Positions 42,703 through 51,379 of a stretch of DNA of 64,000 bases are shown piece by piece. Position 1 is the first letter of the stretch. Each line of letters begins with the position of its first letter. The notes beneath the pieces are model-generated. The model saw nothing but the letters and a program-made list of their open reading frames with translations. It did not search any database and was not told the DNA's origin. This stretch comes from a virus, in IMG/VR virus record IMGVR_UViG_3300045988_137393; one strand, written 5' to 3'. Position numbers and translations under genes: made by a program.

Positions 42703-43609
42703 CCACAGTGATTTAGACGGAATCGGTTGTGCAGTTTTGGCAAAACTTGCATTTGGTAAAGATGTAGATATTTCATACTGTGATTACGACAATATTGATT
42801 CAACTGTAAAGGAATATTTGGAAACAGAACAGGACGACACAATCCCAATTTATATTACCGATATTCGTGTCAATGAAGAAACTGCTGAGTTGCTAAATAA
42901 AAGAGGCAATGTTCAGTTATTAGATCATCATCCAACAGCTCTTGGATTAAATAAGTATGATTGGTGTGATGTAGTTATCGAAGATTCCAAAGGAATTAAA
43001 ACATCGGGAACTATGTTGTTTTATCATTGGTTAGGTATGAATGGTAGCCTGAGTGAAGAGTTAGAGAATAATAATGCGTTAGAGAGATTTGCTGAATTAG
43101 TGAGAGATTATGACACTTGGAGATGGTCAGAACTTGGTGAAGATGGAGTTATTTGTAAGCAGGTGAACGATTTACTTTATCTGTATGGTCGAGATGATTT
43201 TATTCATTGGTGTATTTCGGAGATACGTGGTGAAATATTCCCATTGTTATCTGCTAAAGATGAGGTTGTTCTGAAGATTAAGCAGGATGAAATTGATAGA
43301 TATATCAAGGAGAAGAATGAAACCATGTTTACCAGTCCTATGTGTGGTAAGGTTTGTGGTTTTGTATTTGCAGATAGGTTTGTTAGTGAATTAGGTAATA
43401 GACTTTGTAAAATGCATCCTGAAATTGATTTTGTGGCAATGATTGATATTGATGGTTGTACGGTATCTTATAGAACCGTTAAAGAAGATATTGATCTTGG
43501 TAAAGATGTAGCAAGTTTATTTGGTGGCGGTGGTCATCCAAAAGCTGCTGGTTCAGAATTTGGTCAGAGTATTAAGTTGAAAATTATTGGGGAAATCTTT
43601 GGACAGTGA
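42686..43609 (+). CDS. DHH/DHHA1-family phosphoesterase (NrnA-like) (307 aa)
   Basis: SHSDLDGIGCA (motif I), ITDIR (II), LDHHP (III), GGGGHPKAAG (DHHA1). Overlaps cca by 17 nt. Confidence 0.8.
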   Translation: MVRLFSHSDLDGIGCAVLAKLAFGKDVDISYCDYDNIDSTVKEYLETEQDDTIPIYITDIRVNEETAELLNKRGNVQLLDHHPTALGLNKYDWCDVVIEDSKGIKTSGTMLFYHWLGMNGSLSEELENNNALERFAELVRDYDTWRWSELGEDGVICKQVNDLLYLYGRDDFIHWCISEIRGEIFPLLSAKDEVVLKIKQDEIDRYIKEKNETMFTSPMCGKVCGFVFADRFVSELGNRLCKMHPEIDFVAMIDIDGCTVSYRTVKEDIDLGKDVASLFGGGGHPKAAGSEFGQSIKLKIIGEIFGQ

Positions 43610-43622
43610 GGTGAGAGAATAA

Positions 43623-43829
43623 TTGGAATGGATTAAATGTGTCGAAGGACAAATGCCCGAAGATGATAAAAGATACGAAGGTAAGAAAGTAATTAATGTA
43701 CTTGTTACTACGAATAGAGGCATGGTAACAAAAGTACAAAGACAACGCTATGATGGGACATGGTTTTGGGGAAGAATTAATGGTGGCATGAAAGCTTGGA
43801 TGCCGTTGCCTGAACCATACAGAGAATAA
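43623..43829 (+). CDS. DUF551-like phage protein (68 aa), TTG start
   Basis: MEWIKCVEGQMPEDD...WMPLPEPYRE. Second DUF551-like copy in the window. Confidence 0.6.
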   Translation: MEWIKCVEGQMPEDDKRYEGKKVINVLVTTNRGMVTKVQRQRYDGTWFWGRINGGMKAWMPLPEPYRE

Positions 43830-43841
43830 GCGAGGTAAAAT

Positions 43842-44039
43842 ATGAGAAAAAGTAAATTTACATATCCAAAATGTCCATATTGCAAGAAAGAATATCAAGA
43901 TGGATTTATGGAATATGGTTTGATGAATTTGGTAACACAAGGTTGGTGTGAAGAAGTAAAAGTAAAATGTCATAATTGTGGTGAGTATTTCAAAGTGAAG
44001 GTACACATCACATATTATGGTTCAAAGTTGGCGAGGTGA
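43842..44039 (+). CDS. small Zn-ribbon protein (65 aa)
   Basis: CPYCKK...CHNCG. SD GAGGT. Confidence 0.6.
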   Translation: MRKSKFTYPKCPYCKKEYQDGFMEYGLMNLVTQGWCEEVKVKCHNCGEYFKVKVHITYYGSKLAR

Positions 44040-44043
44040 GAGA

Positions 44044-44337
44044 GTGAAAATAACAATTGATATTCCGAGAGAATATGAACGAGATTTTAGCGCTGGCAAG
44101 TTCAAGGATTTCTTTTCAAGAGTAATTGCAGATATTGATTTCAAAGGTATATGTGGTAATTATGAAAAGGAAATTGCAGAAATGTTTTTAGAAGCGTTTG
44201 ACAAAGCTATTATTGGTGATGTTAATCTAAATGCAAAAGTTATTCCAGTTGCAAATATATCTTTTGACAAAGAAGATATGCAGAAGATGATTCAAGATGA
44301 ATTAAAAAAGTTTCAAATAGAGAATAATCTAATATAG
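44044..44337 (+). CDS. hypothetical protein (97 aa), GTG start
   Basis: GTG after GAGGTGAGAGA. The track start 44017 overlaps the upstream gene. Confidence 0.6.
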   Translation: MKITIDIPREYERDFSAGKFKDFFSRVIADIDFKGICGNYEKEIAEMFLEAFDKAIIGDVNLNAKVIPVANISFDKEDMQKMIQDELKKFQIENNLI

Positions 44338-44385
44338 AAGTAATTCTATTCACGGCTGATCAGCCAAATTAAGCGAGGTGATAAA

Positions 44386-44685
44386 GTGAAGAAATATTGG
44401 GAAACAGGTGAAAAGAATGACTTTGGTAAGGAATGTTACAGGTTACATTTTAGTCAATTTTATGAAGAAGATGATGAAAATGTAGTAGCTGGTTTTGTAC
44501 AAGATGAGACAGACGAAAACATATTTATATATGTATCAAAAGAACTAAATGTTGAATATGATACGTTGTTTGCAGACAGTATAGAAGATGCAAAGCATCA
44601 AATCGAAGACATGCTAATAGACCATTGGAATGATGAGATTGATTATTTAGAAAATCGAATTAAATCATTTCAAGACGAAGAATAA
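44386..44685 (+). CDS. hypothetical acidic protein (99 aa), GTG start
   Basis: GTG 6 nt after GAGGTGA. Confidence 0.65.
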   Translation: MKKYWETGEKNDFGKECYRLHFSQFYEEDDENVVAGFVQDETDENIFIYVSKELNVEYDTLFADSIEDAKHQIEDMLIDHWNDEIDYLENRIKSFQDEE

Positions 44686-44956
44686 TCATACATAGAAATT
44701 TCTATCTTGGCGACTCAGCCAAATTTCCCAAAAGTAAAAGTAACAAGAAATATTTTTTTTATTATTCTCTGTCAAAATACACTATTTTACAGAGGTTACG
44801 TAACCATAATTACCTAGGAGTTACTGCTTAATTCCTTTCTTCTTAATTATTTTGTTGTAAAATCCTATGGAATTTGCACGTCTGCAAAAACCATAAGAAA
44901 AAAATAATTCTCAAGGGCTACGAGTATTAAGTTTATGTGGTGGCGTTGAAACAGGA

Positions 44957-45805
44957 TTGTATGCGTTACAGCAGCTCGGAATATTTATAAGAGAATATCA
45001 TACATATGAAATTTTGCCAGAAGCCATAGCAGTTTCTCAGTACCATTTTCCGTTTGTGGTACATCATGGCGATTTATATGAAGCGGATTTTGAACAGTTC
45101 AAAGGATTTGATTTACTGTTGGCAGGAACTTGTTGCCAGTCACTTTCAAGAGTGCGAATTGAAAGCAAAGAGGTTAATAATGGGCTTGATGGTAAGTCAG
45201 GAATTTTCTTTAAAGCAGTTGAGTGTCTCAGGGCAATTCAGCCCAAATATTTCATGTTTGAAAATGTAATACCAAGTAGTGATGAAGACCTGAAGACAAT
45301 GACAGAATGCATTGGTGTAGAACCTATTTTGATTGATTCAGGAAGATTTTCGTCTCAAAATCGTGAAAGATATTATTGGACAAACATACCATTAGGTAAA
45401 TTACCCGATGAATCTCCATTAGTTTTGAAGGATATTATGGAGAATGGTGTAGATGAGAAATATTTTTATAAGAAAGATTTTGAAATCTTGGATATGAGTA
45501 AACGTGTATGTGCAGAGTTGAAAGTTAATACAACTGAGATGTGCAAACGTATTTTTAATCCCGATTTCAAAATGTCTACATTAACTTGCGTGTCAGGTGG
45601 ATATCAGGAAAAGAAGGTATTAGATAGGGGTAGACCACGAAAACTTACAGAAGTTGAATATGAAAGATTACAGGGATTGCCTGATAATTTTACAAAAATT
45701 CAGCTTAACAATCGTTGGTTATCATACTCAAAAAGATGTAGTTTGATGGGCAATGGATGGAATGAACCTACTGTTGAATGGATTTTGAGTGGGTTAAAAG
45801 AATAA
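44957..45805 (+). CDS. dcm: DNA (cytosine-5)-methyltransferase; first canonical start (TTG) lies after motif I, frame open from 44897
   Basis: Motifs TCCQSLS (IV), FMFENV (VI), QNRERYYW (VIII), GNGWN (X). Motif I (LRVLSLCGGVETG) is encoded at 44918-44956, upstream of any ATG/GTG/TTG. Confidence 0.75.
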   Translation: MYALQQLGIFIREYHTYEILPEAIAVSQYHFPFVVHHGDLYEADFEQFKGFDLLLAGTCCQSLSRVRIESKEVNNGLDGKSGIFFKAVECLRAIQPKYFMFENVIPSSDEDLKTMTECIGVEPILIDSGRFSSQNRERYYWTNIPLGKLPDESPLVLKDIMENGVDEKYFYKKDFEILDMSKRVCAELKVNTTEMCKRIFNPDFKMSTLTCVSGGYQEKKVLDRGRPRKLTEVEYERLQGLPDNFTKIQLNNRWLSYSKRCSLMGNGWNEPTVEWILSGLKE

Positions 45806-45853
45806 CATAATATGAAGTTCGCAGGAATGCGGAATTTCTTTGAGGAGGTTTAA

Positions 45854-46039
45854 ATGGGATTAATTGAAAAATATGAAAAAAGAAAACTAAGGTATGAGAA
45901 GCAGCTTTCTCAGATGTCAGATGATAGTGAACTATCAGAGTATGGATTTTGGGATAAAGGATATCTGCGTGGGGAAATTGCAATATGTGATGACATTATA
46001 GACGATTTGAATAAGATTTTAGTTGGGGAAGGAGAATAA
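45854..46039 (+). CDS. hypothetical protein (61 aa)
   Basis: ATG 6 nt after GAGGAGG. Ends in the GGAGAATAA junction. Confidence 0.65.
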   Translation: MGLIEKYEKRKLRYEKQLSQMSDDSELSEYGFWDKGYLRGEIAICDDIIDDLNKILVGEGE

Positions 46040-46040
46040 T

Positions 46041-46301
46041 ATGGCAGGATTTGTATCAAAGCAACCGAACGGATTATATTGTAGATTTTCGACTGTCACA
46101 GATTGTCCTACTGCATGGAATATGACACGAGAAGATTATATCAATATGAAAATGCAGGAAGCAAAAGAAGATGCTGAAGATGTGTTGGATAATTATTTGA
46201 AGCCGTTTGATATGGTGTTGGATATGTATTATCCAAACAATATGACAAAAGAGGAATTTGATAAATTCCTTGAAGAGACTGGATATAGCAAAGGAGAATA
46301 A
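46041..46301 (+). CDS. hypothetical protein (86 aa)
   Basis: ATG 1 nt after the junction TAA. Ends in GGAGAATAA. Confidence 0.65.
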   Translation: MAGFVSKQPNGLYCRFSTVTDCPTAWNMTREDYINMKMQEAKEDAEDVLDNYLKPFDMVLDMYYPNNMTKEEFDKFLEETGYSKGE

Positions 46302-46306
46302 ACAAC

Positions 46307-46579
46307 ATGAAGAAGAAAATTTTAGCAGTTGCATTAGGATTAACATTGTGTTTTGGAATGACTGGATGCCAGTCTGTTACAAAAGATTTTGGTGGATCGA
46401 CAACAATTAAGCTTGAACCAAACCAGAAACTTGAAGAGATTACATGGAAAGATGATTCATTATGGTATCTTACAAGACCTATGACAGATGACGACATTGC
46501 GGAGACACATACATTTCAACAGTCATCAAATTTTGGAGTGTTTGAGGGTACTGTAACTATTATTGAAAAGAAGGAGTAG
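46307..46579 (+). CDS. putative lipoprotein (90 aa)
   Basis: MKKKILAVALGLTLCFGMTGC: signal peptide with a lipobox-like Cys. Confidence 0.65.
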   Translation: MKKKILAVALGLTLCFGMTGCQSVTKDFGGSTTIKLEPNQKLEEITWKDDSLWYLTRPMTDDDIAETHTFQQSSNFGVFEGTVTIIEKKE

Positions 46580-46723
46580 TATGATAGACAACGAATTACG
46601 TCAGCAATATAGACAATCTGCTGATGATTTAAAATAGCATTTAAGAAGACTTGTTTGTACAGATTTTGCGAAGAAGTTGTGAAGAGATTAAGTAAGATTT
46701 TGAGATAGTAAGGAGATTAATAT

Positions 46724-47050
46724 ATGATATATAAACATAGCAAAATAACAATGCCACGAATGAATTTATTTCAGAGTAATGCATTTAGATTGAAAAATGG
46801 AGCAATTTACGAATCTATTAAATTAGCATATGTTTCAGAAAATGGTCTTGTAGAAAAAGAAATTACTAACTATGAGTATGATACGGAATCAAGAATTGTA
46901 TATCTTCCAGATTATGAGAAAGAAAATGTATCTGTTAATCGAAGAGTTCTTGTTAGATACGAAGTAGAAGTAGATTGTGTAAGACATTCAGATAGTTTTA
47001 CAGATGGTAATTTTGTATCATTTCAGATTACTAAAGATAGAACACAGTAA
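46724..47050 (+). CDS. hypothetical protein (108 aa)
   Basis: ATG 8 nt after AGGAG. Confidence 0.65.
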   Translation: MIYKHSKITMPRMNLFQSNAFRLKNGAIYESIKLAYVSENGLVEKEITNYEYDTESRIVYLPDYEKENVSVNRRVLVRYEVEVDCVRHSDSFTDGNFVSFQITKDRTQ

Positions 47051-47176
47051 ACCGAAGTTTCTTTGGAAAATCTAAGAGCAAGTCGCTCAAAAAATCACAA
47101 CAATTAAGAGAATAAGAATAATGAAAGGAGACGAGGTTCGTGTACACAAGAAGGAATTCCTTACTCCAAGTAATTT

Positions 47177-47899
47177 ATGAAATACGTTGGTAGCAAAAAT
47201 AGATTAAGTAAAGATTTAGCACCAATTATTCAATCATATATAACTAATGAGACGGAAGGATATTTAGAGCCTTTTGTCGGAGGTGCTAATATGATTGATA
47301 AAATTAAATGTAATAAAAGGATAGGTACAGACAATCATAAATATTTAATTGCTGTACTTAAAAAGTTATCAGAAGGTTGGATACCGCCAGAAGAAATTAC
47401 AGAAGAAAAATATCAAGATATTAAGAACAATAAAGAAAAATATCCAGATTATTTAGTTGGGTATGTTGGTTTTCAGCTTTCATATGGTGGTAAGTGGTTT
47501 GGTGGATACAGAAGAGATAAGGTTGGAAAACGTAATTATTCCTTAGAGGCATATAAAAATACTATCAAACAAATCCCAAATCTTAAAAATATTCAATTTG
47601 AAGTATTCGACTTCAGAGATATCCCATTAGATAAAATTAAAAATTATGTTATTTATTGTGACATTCCGTATCGTGATACAACAAAGTATTCAACTGGAGG
47701 CTTCCCATATGAAGAATTTTACGAATGGGTTAAGAAGGCAAGTGCAAATAATACTGTTTTAATTAGTGAATATAACATGCCTGATGATTTTAAGTGCATT
47801 TGGCAGAAAGAAACAAAAACACTTTTAGATAGTAATAAAGAAAAAAGTGATAATAAGAATATTAGAATTGAGAAGTTGTTTACATATAACGGAGAATAA
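47177..47899 (+). CDS. dam: DNA N6-adenine methyltransferase, D12/Dam class (240 aa)
   Basis: MKYVGSKNRL...EPFVGGANM (FxGxG) ... YCDIPY (DPPY-type). ATGA overlap with an 18-codon upstream ORF. Confidence 0.8.
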   Translation: MKYVGSKNRLSKDLAPIIQSYITNETEGYLEPFVGGANMIDKIKCNKRIGTDNHKYLIAVLKKLSEGWIPPEEITEEKYQDIKNNKEKYPDYLVGYVGFQLSYGGKWFGGYRRDKVGKRNYSLEAYKNTIKQIPNLKNIQFEVFDFRDIPLDKIKNYVIYCDIPYRDTTKYSTGGFPYEEFYEWVKKASANNTVLISEYNMPDDFKCIWQKETKTLLDSNKEKSDNKNIRIEKLFTYNGE

Positions 47900-47903
47900 T
47901 AAA

Positions 47904-48062
47904 ATGTTTAATATTAAAGATTTGGTAATAGAAAAAATTATTTCTTGTAATGTTTGTGATGCAGAAGGAAAGATAATTGGCAAAACAACACGATCTCTCG
48001 ATAATAATGAGCCTATTTATCACGATTATAAAAGCAATGACAACATAATAAAAATAAAATAA
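47904..48062 (+). CDS. hypothetical protein (52 aa)
   Basis: ATG 4 nt after the GGAGAATAA junction. Confidence 0.5.
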   Translation: MFNIKDLVIEKIISCNVCDAEGKIIGKTTRSLDNNEPIYHDYKSNDNIIKIK

Positions 48063-48105
48063 CAAAAACTATCAAGAAATTTTGGTTTCCTATGGAGGTG
48101 GTCTG

Positions 48106-48312
48106 TTGGAATTAGACAGAGCAATAAGAATCATAAATCATGATATTGATGAAAATGCGTCAGAATCAGAACAATTAGAAGCATTTAAAGTATTCTTTAA
48201 AGAATTATTTGATACAGATATACAAAATAGTGATGGTGGATATAGAAGTATCTATGATGTATTTTCAGAAGCAAGCAAAAAATACAATCAAAAAAACGAC
48301 AAAGGTGATTGA
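48106..48312 (+). CDS. hypothetical protein (68 aa), TTG start
   Basis: TTG 7 nt after GGAGG. Confidence 0.55.
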   Translation: MELDRAIRIINHDIDENASESEQLEAFKVFFKELFDTDIQNSDGGYRSIYDVFSEASKKYNQKNDKGD

Positions 48313-48314
48313 TT

Positions 48315-48506
48315 ATGAGAATTGAAGAAGGAGAATATATTGAACCAGAGTCCATAAATGAAGACATCATAAATGCTATAAATACAGTTAAAGAGTATTG
48401 TAGCGCACATGAAGAATATGAAGATTGTAGAAGATGTGTTCTTGGAGACGGTATTCATAATTGTGGATGTAGCAGTCCTTATTTATGGAGCATTAGAAAG
48501 AAGTAA
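48315..48506 (+). CDS. hypothetical Cys-rich protein (63 aa)
   Basis: ATG after AAAGGTGA. Confidence 0.6.
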   Translation: MRIEEGEYIEPESINEDIINAINTVKEYCSAHEEYEDCRRCVLGDGIHNCGCSSPYLWSIRKK

Positions 48507-48594
48507 CAGAGAATATAACAAAGTAATTACAATTAAGGAAAGGAAAATGTTCACATGTGAGTAAAGCTGCGCAGCTACTATCGGTGAACGAATA

Positions 48595-49137
48595 TTGGCA
48601 TTAAATATTGGATATTTAACATCAGATAAGGAAGATAATGAGTTATACACGCCCTATTACGCAACAGATCACATTATTAAATATCTTCCAAAGGATAAAA
48701 TTATATGGTGTCAATTTGATGAAGACTGGTCTGCTTTCTATAACAGGCTAAAAGAGGAAGGATACAATGTAGTCAGAAGTTCATTAGCTGAAGGTCAGGA
48801 TTTCTTCAATTACGAACCTGAAAAATGGGATATCATAGTTAGCAATCCACCCTTCTCAATCAAAGATAAAGTCTTAGAAAGACTCTATTCATTCAATAAA
48901 CCATTTGCGGTTCTTCTACCGCTTAATTCCCTACAAGGTAAAACAAGATATAAATATTTCAAAGATGGTATTCAGATCCTTAGTTTTGATGCAAGAATTT
49001 GCTATCACAATAAAGAGCATATGGACTCTGTAGTAAAGGGTAGTCCATTTGCAACGGCATATTTCTGTAGAGATTTATTACCAAAGGATCTAATTGTTGA
49101 AAAATTGGTTACATATGAAAGACCATTAGGAGAATAA
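48595..49137 (+). CDS. putative NPPF-motif (N6-adenine/N4-cytosine type) methyltransferase (180 aa), TTG start
   Basis: DIIVSNPPFSIKDK catalytic-type motif. The start is unclear: an in-frame ATG at 48547 with an SD is followed by TAA at 48562. Confidence 0.55.
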   Translation: MALNIGYLTSDKEDNELYTPYYATDHIIKYLPKDKIIWCQFDEDWSAFYNRLKEEGYNVVRSSLAEGQDFFNYEPEKWDIIVSNPPFSIKDKVLERLYSFNKPFAVLLPLNSLQGKTRYKYFKDGIQILSFDARICYHNKEHMDSVVKGSPFATAYFCRDLLPKDLIVEKLVTYERPLGE

Positions 49138-49141
49138 AAGT

Positions 49142-49342
49142 ATGAGAATGTATGAATGTACCAAAGAATTTAAAACAACCTTATTTGATAAAAATGAGGT
49201 AGAAAGAATAAAAATAGAAATTGGTTCTATTTGGTTCGTAGCACAGAAATTATCAGATGGCAGATATATTCTCAGTAATAACAAAATAGAACTTACTCTA
49301 TGTGAAAATTTATTAAAAAGTAATTTTGAGAAATATGGATAG
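49142..49342 (+). CDS. hypothetical protein (66 aa)
   Basis: ATG 4 nt after the GGAGAATAA junction. Confidence 0.6.
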   Translation: MRMYECTKEFKTTLFDKNEVERIKIEIGSIWFVAQKLSDGRYILSNNKIELTLCENLLKSNFEKYG

Positions 49343-49439
49343 TTTTATTAAAATCTCAATTTCTGAAACGCCCTAAAATCAAGGCTTTCAGAGGTTGAAA
49401 AAGGCAATGAAAACCACGTTTCATTCGAGGAGGTAAATT

Positions 49440-49964
49440 ATGGGTAAATCATTAAAATTTGTAAAAGAACGAATTGCATCAGGTCAGTGCAATGGTTTGG
49501 AAAATAATAAATATGAATATATGATTGAACAGGATATACGAGAGTTATTTACAGTTGTTAGTTGCACAAAAGATGGAACAATTTTAGCAGATATTCCTTA
49601 TCTTAAAGCAGATGTTCCTTATCTTAAGGGCGACAAACCTTATTTTAATGTAATTATTAAGCGTGATCCAGATGCAGATTTTGAATATTTCACAATGCAG
49701 CGTTGTAATTGTGATGGAACGTTTGTATTCTTTCAAGATTTAATGGATGAGTGCATAGATAAAATGATTCATCTTAAAACATGTAATGTAAATAAAGAGA
49801 TTCCAAAAGATTTAACTGGATATTCTATCATCTATACTGTTGGAGATTTTGTATTGGCAGAAGAGTTTGGAGATGAATTTGCAACAAAAGAAAAACCTTG
49901 GATGAAGAGTAGATTCACTGCTATGTTGCCAATTAAGTTTGATGTAATAAGGAATGGAGAATAA
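49440..49964 (+). CDS. hypothetical protein (174 aa)
   Basis: ATG 7 nt after GAGGAGG. Contains an in-frame 18-nt duplication (IPYLKADVPYLKG). Confidence 0.7.
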   Translation: MGKSLKFVKERIASGQCNGLENNKYEYMIEQDIRELFTVVSCTKDGTILADIPYLKADVPYLKGDKPYFNVIIKRDPDADFEYFTMQRCNCDGTFVFFQDLMDECIDKMIHLKTCNVNKEIPKDLTGYSIIYTVGDFVLAEEFGDEFATKEKPWMKSRFTAMLPIKFDVIRNGE

Positions 49965-50350
49965 TGTATTTTGATTTAAATATTGGAGAATGGGAGTTTG
50001 AAAATAATTATGAAGACATCTACTTTCTGCTTCATTGTTTATACAATGCAAAAACTGAGTTATACGACAGAACTCTTACTGATATGAAAAGTAGATATGA
50101 TCCGACTGAAGCATTTATTGATGGCTGGAATAAAAGTAAATCGAATTTGTATTCCAGGAAACTATATGATAAATGTGTGAAGTGCATTGAGTTAAAAACA
50201 AAAAGTCGTTTTATACACAGATACTGGAAAGAATGTGTTTGGAAGTTTCAAAGTCTTTCTGCACAAGAATGGATAAATTTATATCAGCAGTTGATTAAAG
50301 AAAATAAATACGATAGTTGGATAATGAAATATATAGAAATTGGAGAATAA
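49964..50350 (+). CDS. hypothetical protein (128 aa)
   Basis: TAATG overlap within the GGAGAATAA junction. Confidence 0.65.
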   Translation: MYFDLNIGEWEFENNYEDIYFLLHCLYNAKTELYDRTLTDMKSRYDPTEAFIDGWNKSKSNLYSRKLYDKCVKCIELKTKSRFIHRYWKECVWKFQSLSAQEWINLYQQLIKENKYDSWIMKYIEIGE

Positions 50351-50354
50351 CAAT

Positions 50355-50789
50355 TTGAAAAACGCACTATTAGATGTAGCTCAGAACTTTGATAAGATGA
50401 GTGATTCAGAAAAAGCAGAAGTAAACGATAATGTCAGAAAACAATTTGACAATATTATTCATGGTAAACCTCCGAAAACGGAACGAGAAAAAGAGATTGA
50501 CAAGCTTGCAAGAGAAGAATTAGAAGAGTACAGACGAAAGAAGAAAGCTTTTTATGACAATCCTATCCATTGGAATAACAACAAGCGTAGAAGGCACGGA
50601 CTTCCTGTATTAAGAGGTAGTGTTAATAAATATCGTTTAAAAAAATATCCAGGATTCTTTCCATCTGTACGATTCTTTTGTATGATGGAAGATTTATTTG
50701 ATGAGATATTGATTACAACTATGGAAGATAATCTAAATTCTTTTGTAGAAGTAAAAGATTTGGCAGTTGGTGATGCGAAGGTGTTTTAG
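50355..50789 (+). CDS. hypothetical protein (144 aa), TTG start
   Basis: TTG 4 nt after the GGAGAATAA junction. Confidence 0.6.
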   Translation: MKNALLDVAQNFDKMSDSEKAEVNDNVRKQFDNIIHGKPPKTEREKEIDKLAREELEEYRRKKKAFYDNPIHWNNNKRRRHGLPVLRGSVNKYRLKKYPGFFPSVRFFCMMEDLFDEILITTMEDNLNSFVEVKDLAVGDAKVF

Positions 50790-50814
50790 AGTGAGCGAAT
50801 AGGAGAATAACAGT

Positions 50815-51066
50815 ATGGAGTTATCACAAGATGAAAGACAAAGATTTTTAGAGTTAATAGATAAAGTAAGTCCATGTGCTGCAATTTCTGAAAAAGAAAA
50901 TCTTGAAAAGTTTAAAGAGTGGCTGGATAGTGATAGATCAAAAAGAGTTACATTTGTTGAAGCTCCAAAAATATTTAAAGATCAGGTTGGAGCTGACAAA
51001 GTGATTCTTATACCAACAAATGACGAAACTATAAAGCCAATAAGAGTAATATTCGAAGGAGAATAA
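50815..51066 (+). CDS. hypothetical protein (83 aa)
   Basis: ATG 4 nt after GGAGAATAA. Confidence 0.65.
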   Translation: MELSQDERQRFLELIDKVSPCAAISEKENLEKFKEWLDSDRSKRVTFVEAPKIFKDQVGADKVILIPTNDETIKPIRVIFEGE

Positions 51067-51070
51067 CAGT

Positions 51071-51370
51071 ATGAAAAGATACAAATTAACCAGAAGTCCT
51101 AATCCAGAAACTCATGCATCTGGTGAAGTAATATTTATAAAAGATGAAAATGGTAATGAGCTTAATGTCGGATTTGGTGATCAATGTGATGCATTTGATT
51201 ATATAAAATTGCAAGTAGAAAACGACAAAGAGTATACTGACTGTCTTAATAATCCAAGCAAACATATTATGGATATGTATAATTCATTGGATGAGTTTGA
51301 TAAAAAGATGATCGAACAGAGTTTAATACAAAAATATAGAAACGAATGCATGTATCAATATTTTAGGTAG
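51071..51370 (+). CDS. hypothetical protein (99 aa)
   Basis: ATG 4 nt after GGAGAATAA. Confidence 0.65.
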   Translation: MKRYKLTRSPNPETHASGEVIFIKDENGNELNVGFGDQCDAFDYIKLQVENDKEYTDCLNNPSKHIMDMYNSLDEFDKKMIEQSLIQKYRNECMYQYFR

Positions 51371-51379
51371 GTGAGAAAT

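Noticed and set aside
42686-43609. DHH phosphoesterase as a dedicated cyclic-oligonucleotide (CBASS / type III CRISPR) signal degrader
   Set aside because: This is possible in principle for the DHH/DHHA1 fold. However, its overlap-coupled position behind the CCA enzyme and Tpt1 points to RNA-end metabolism, and no sequence feature specifically supports ring-nuclease activity.
49594-49640. 18-nt tandem duplication (CCTTATCTTAA..) and the 11-nt x2 repeat at 29917-29941
   Set aside because: With only two copies each, they are too short to count as repeat arrays. The first is an in-frame duplication inside a CDS.
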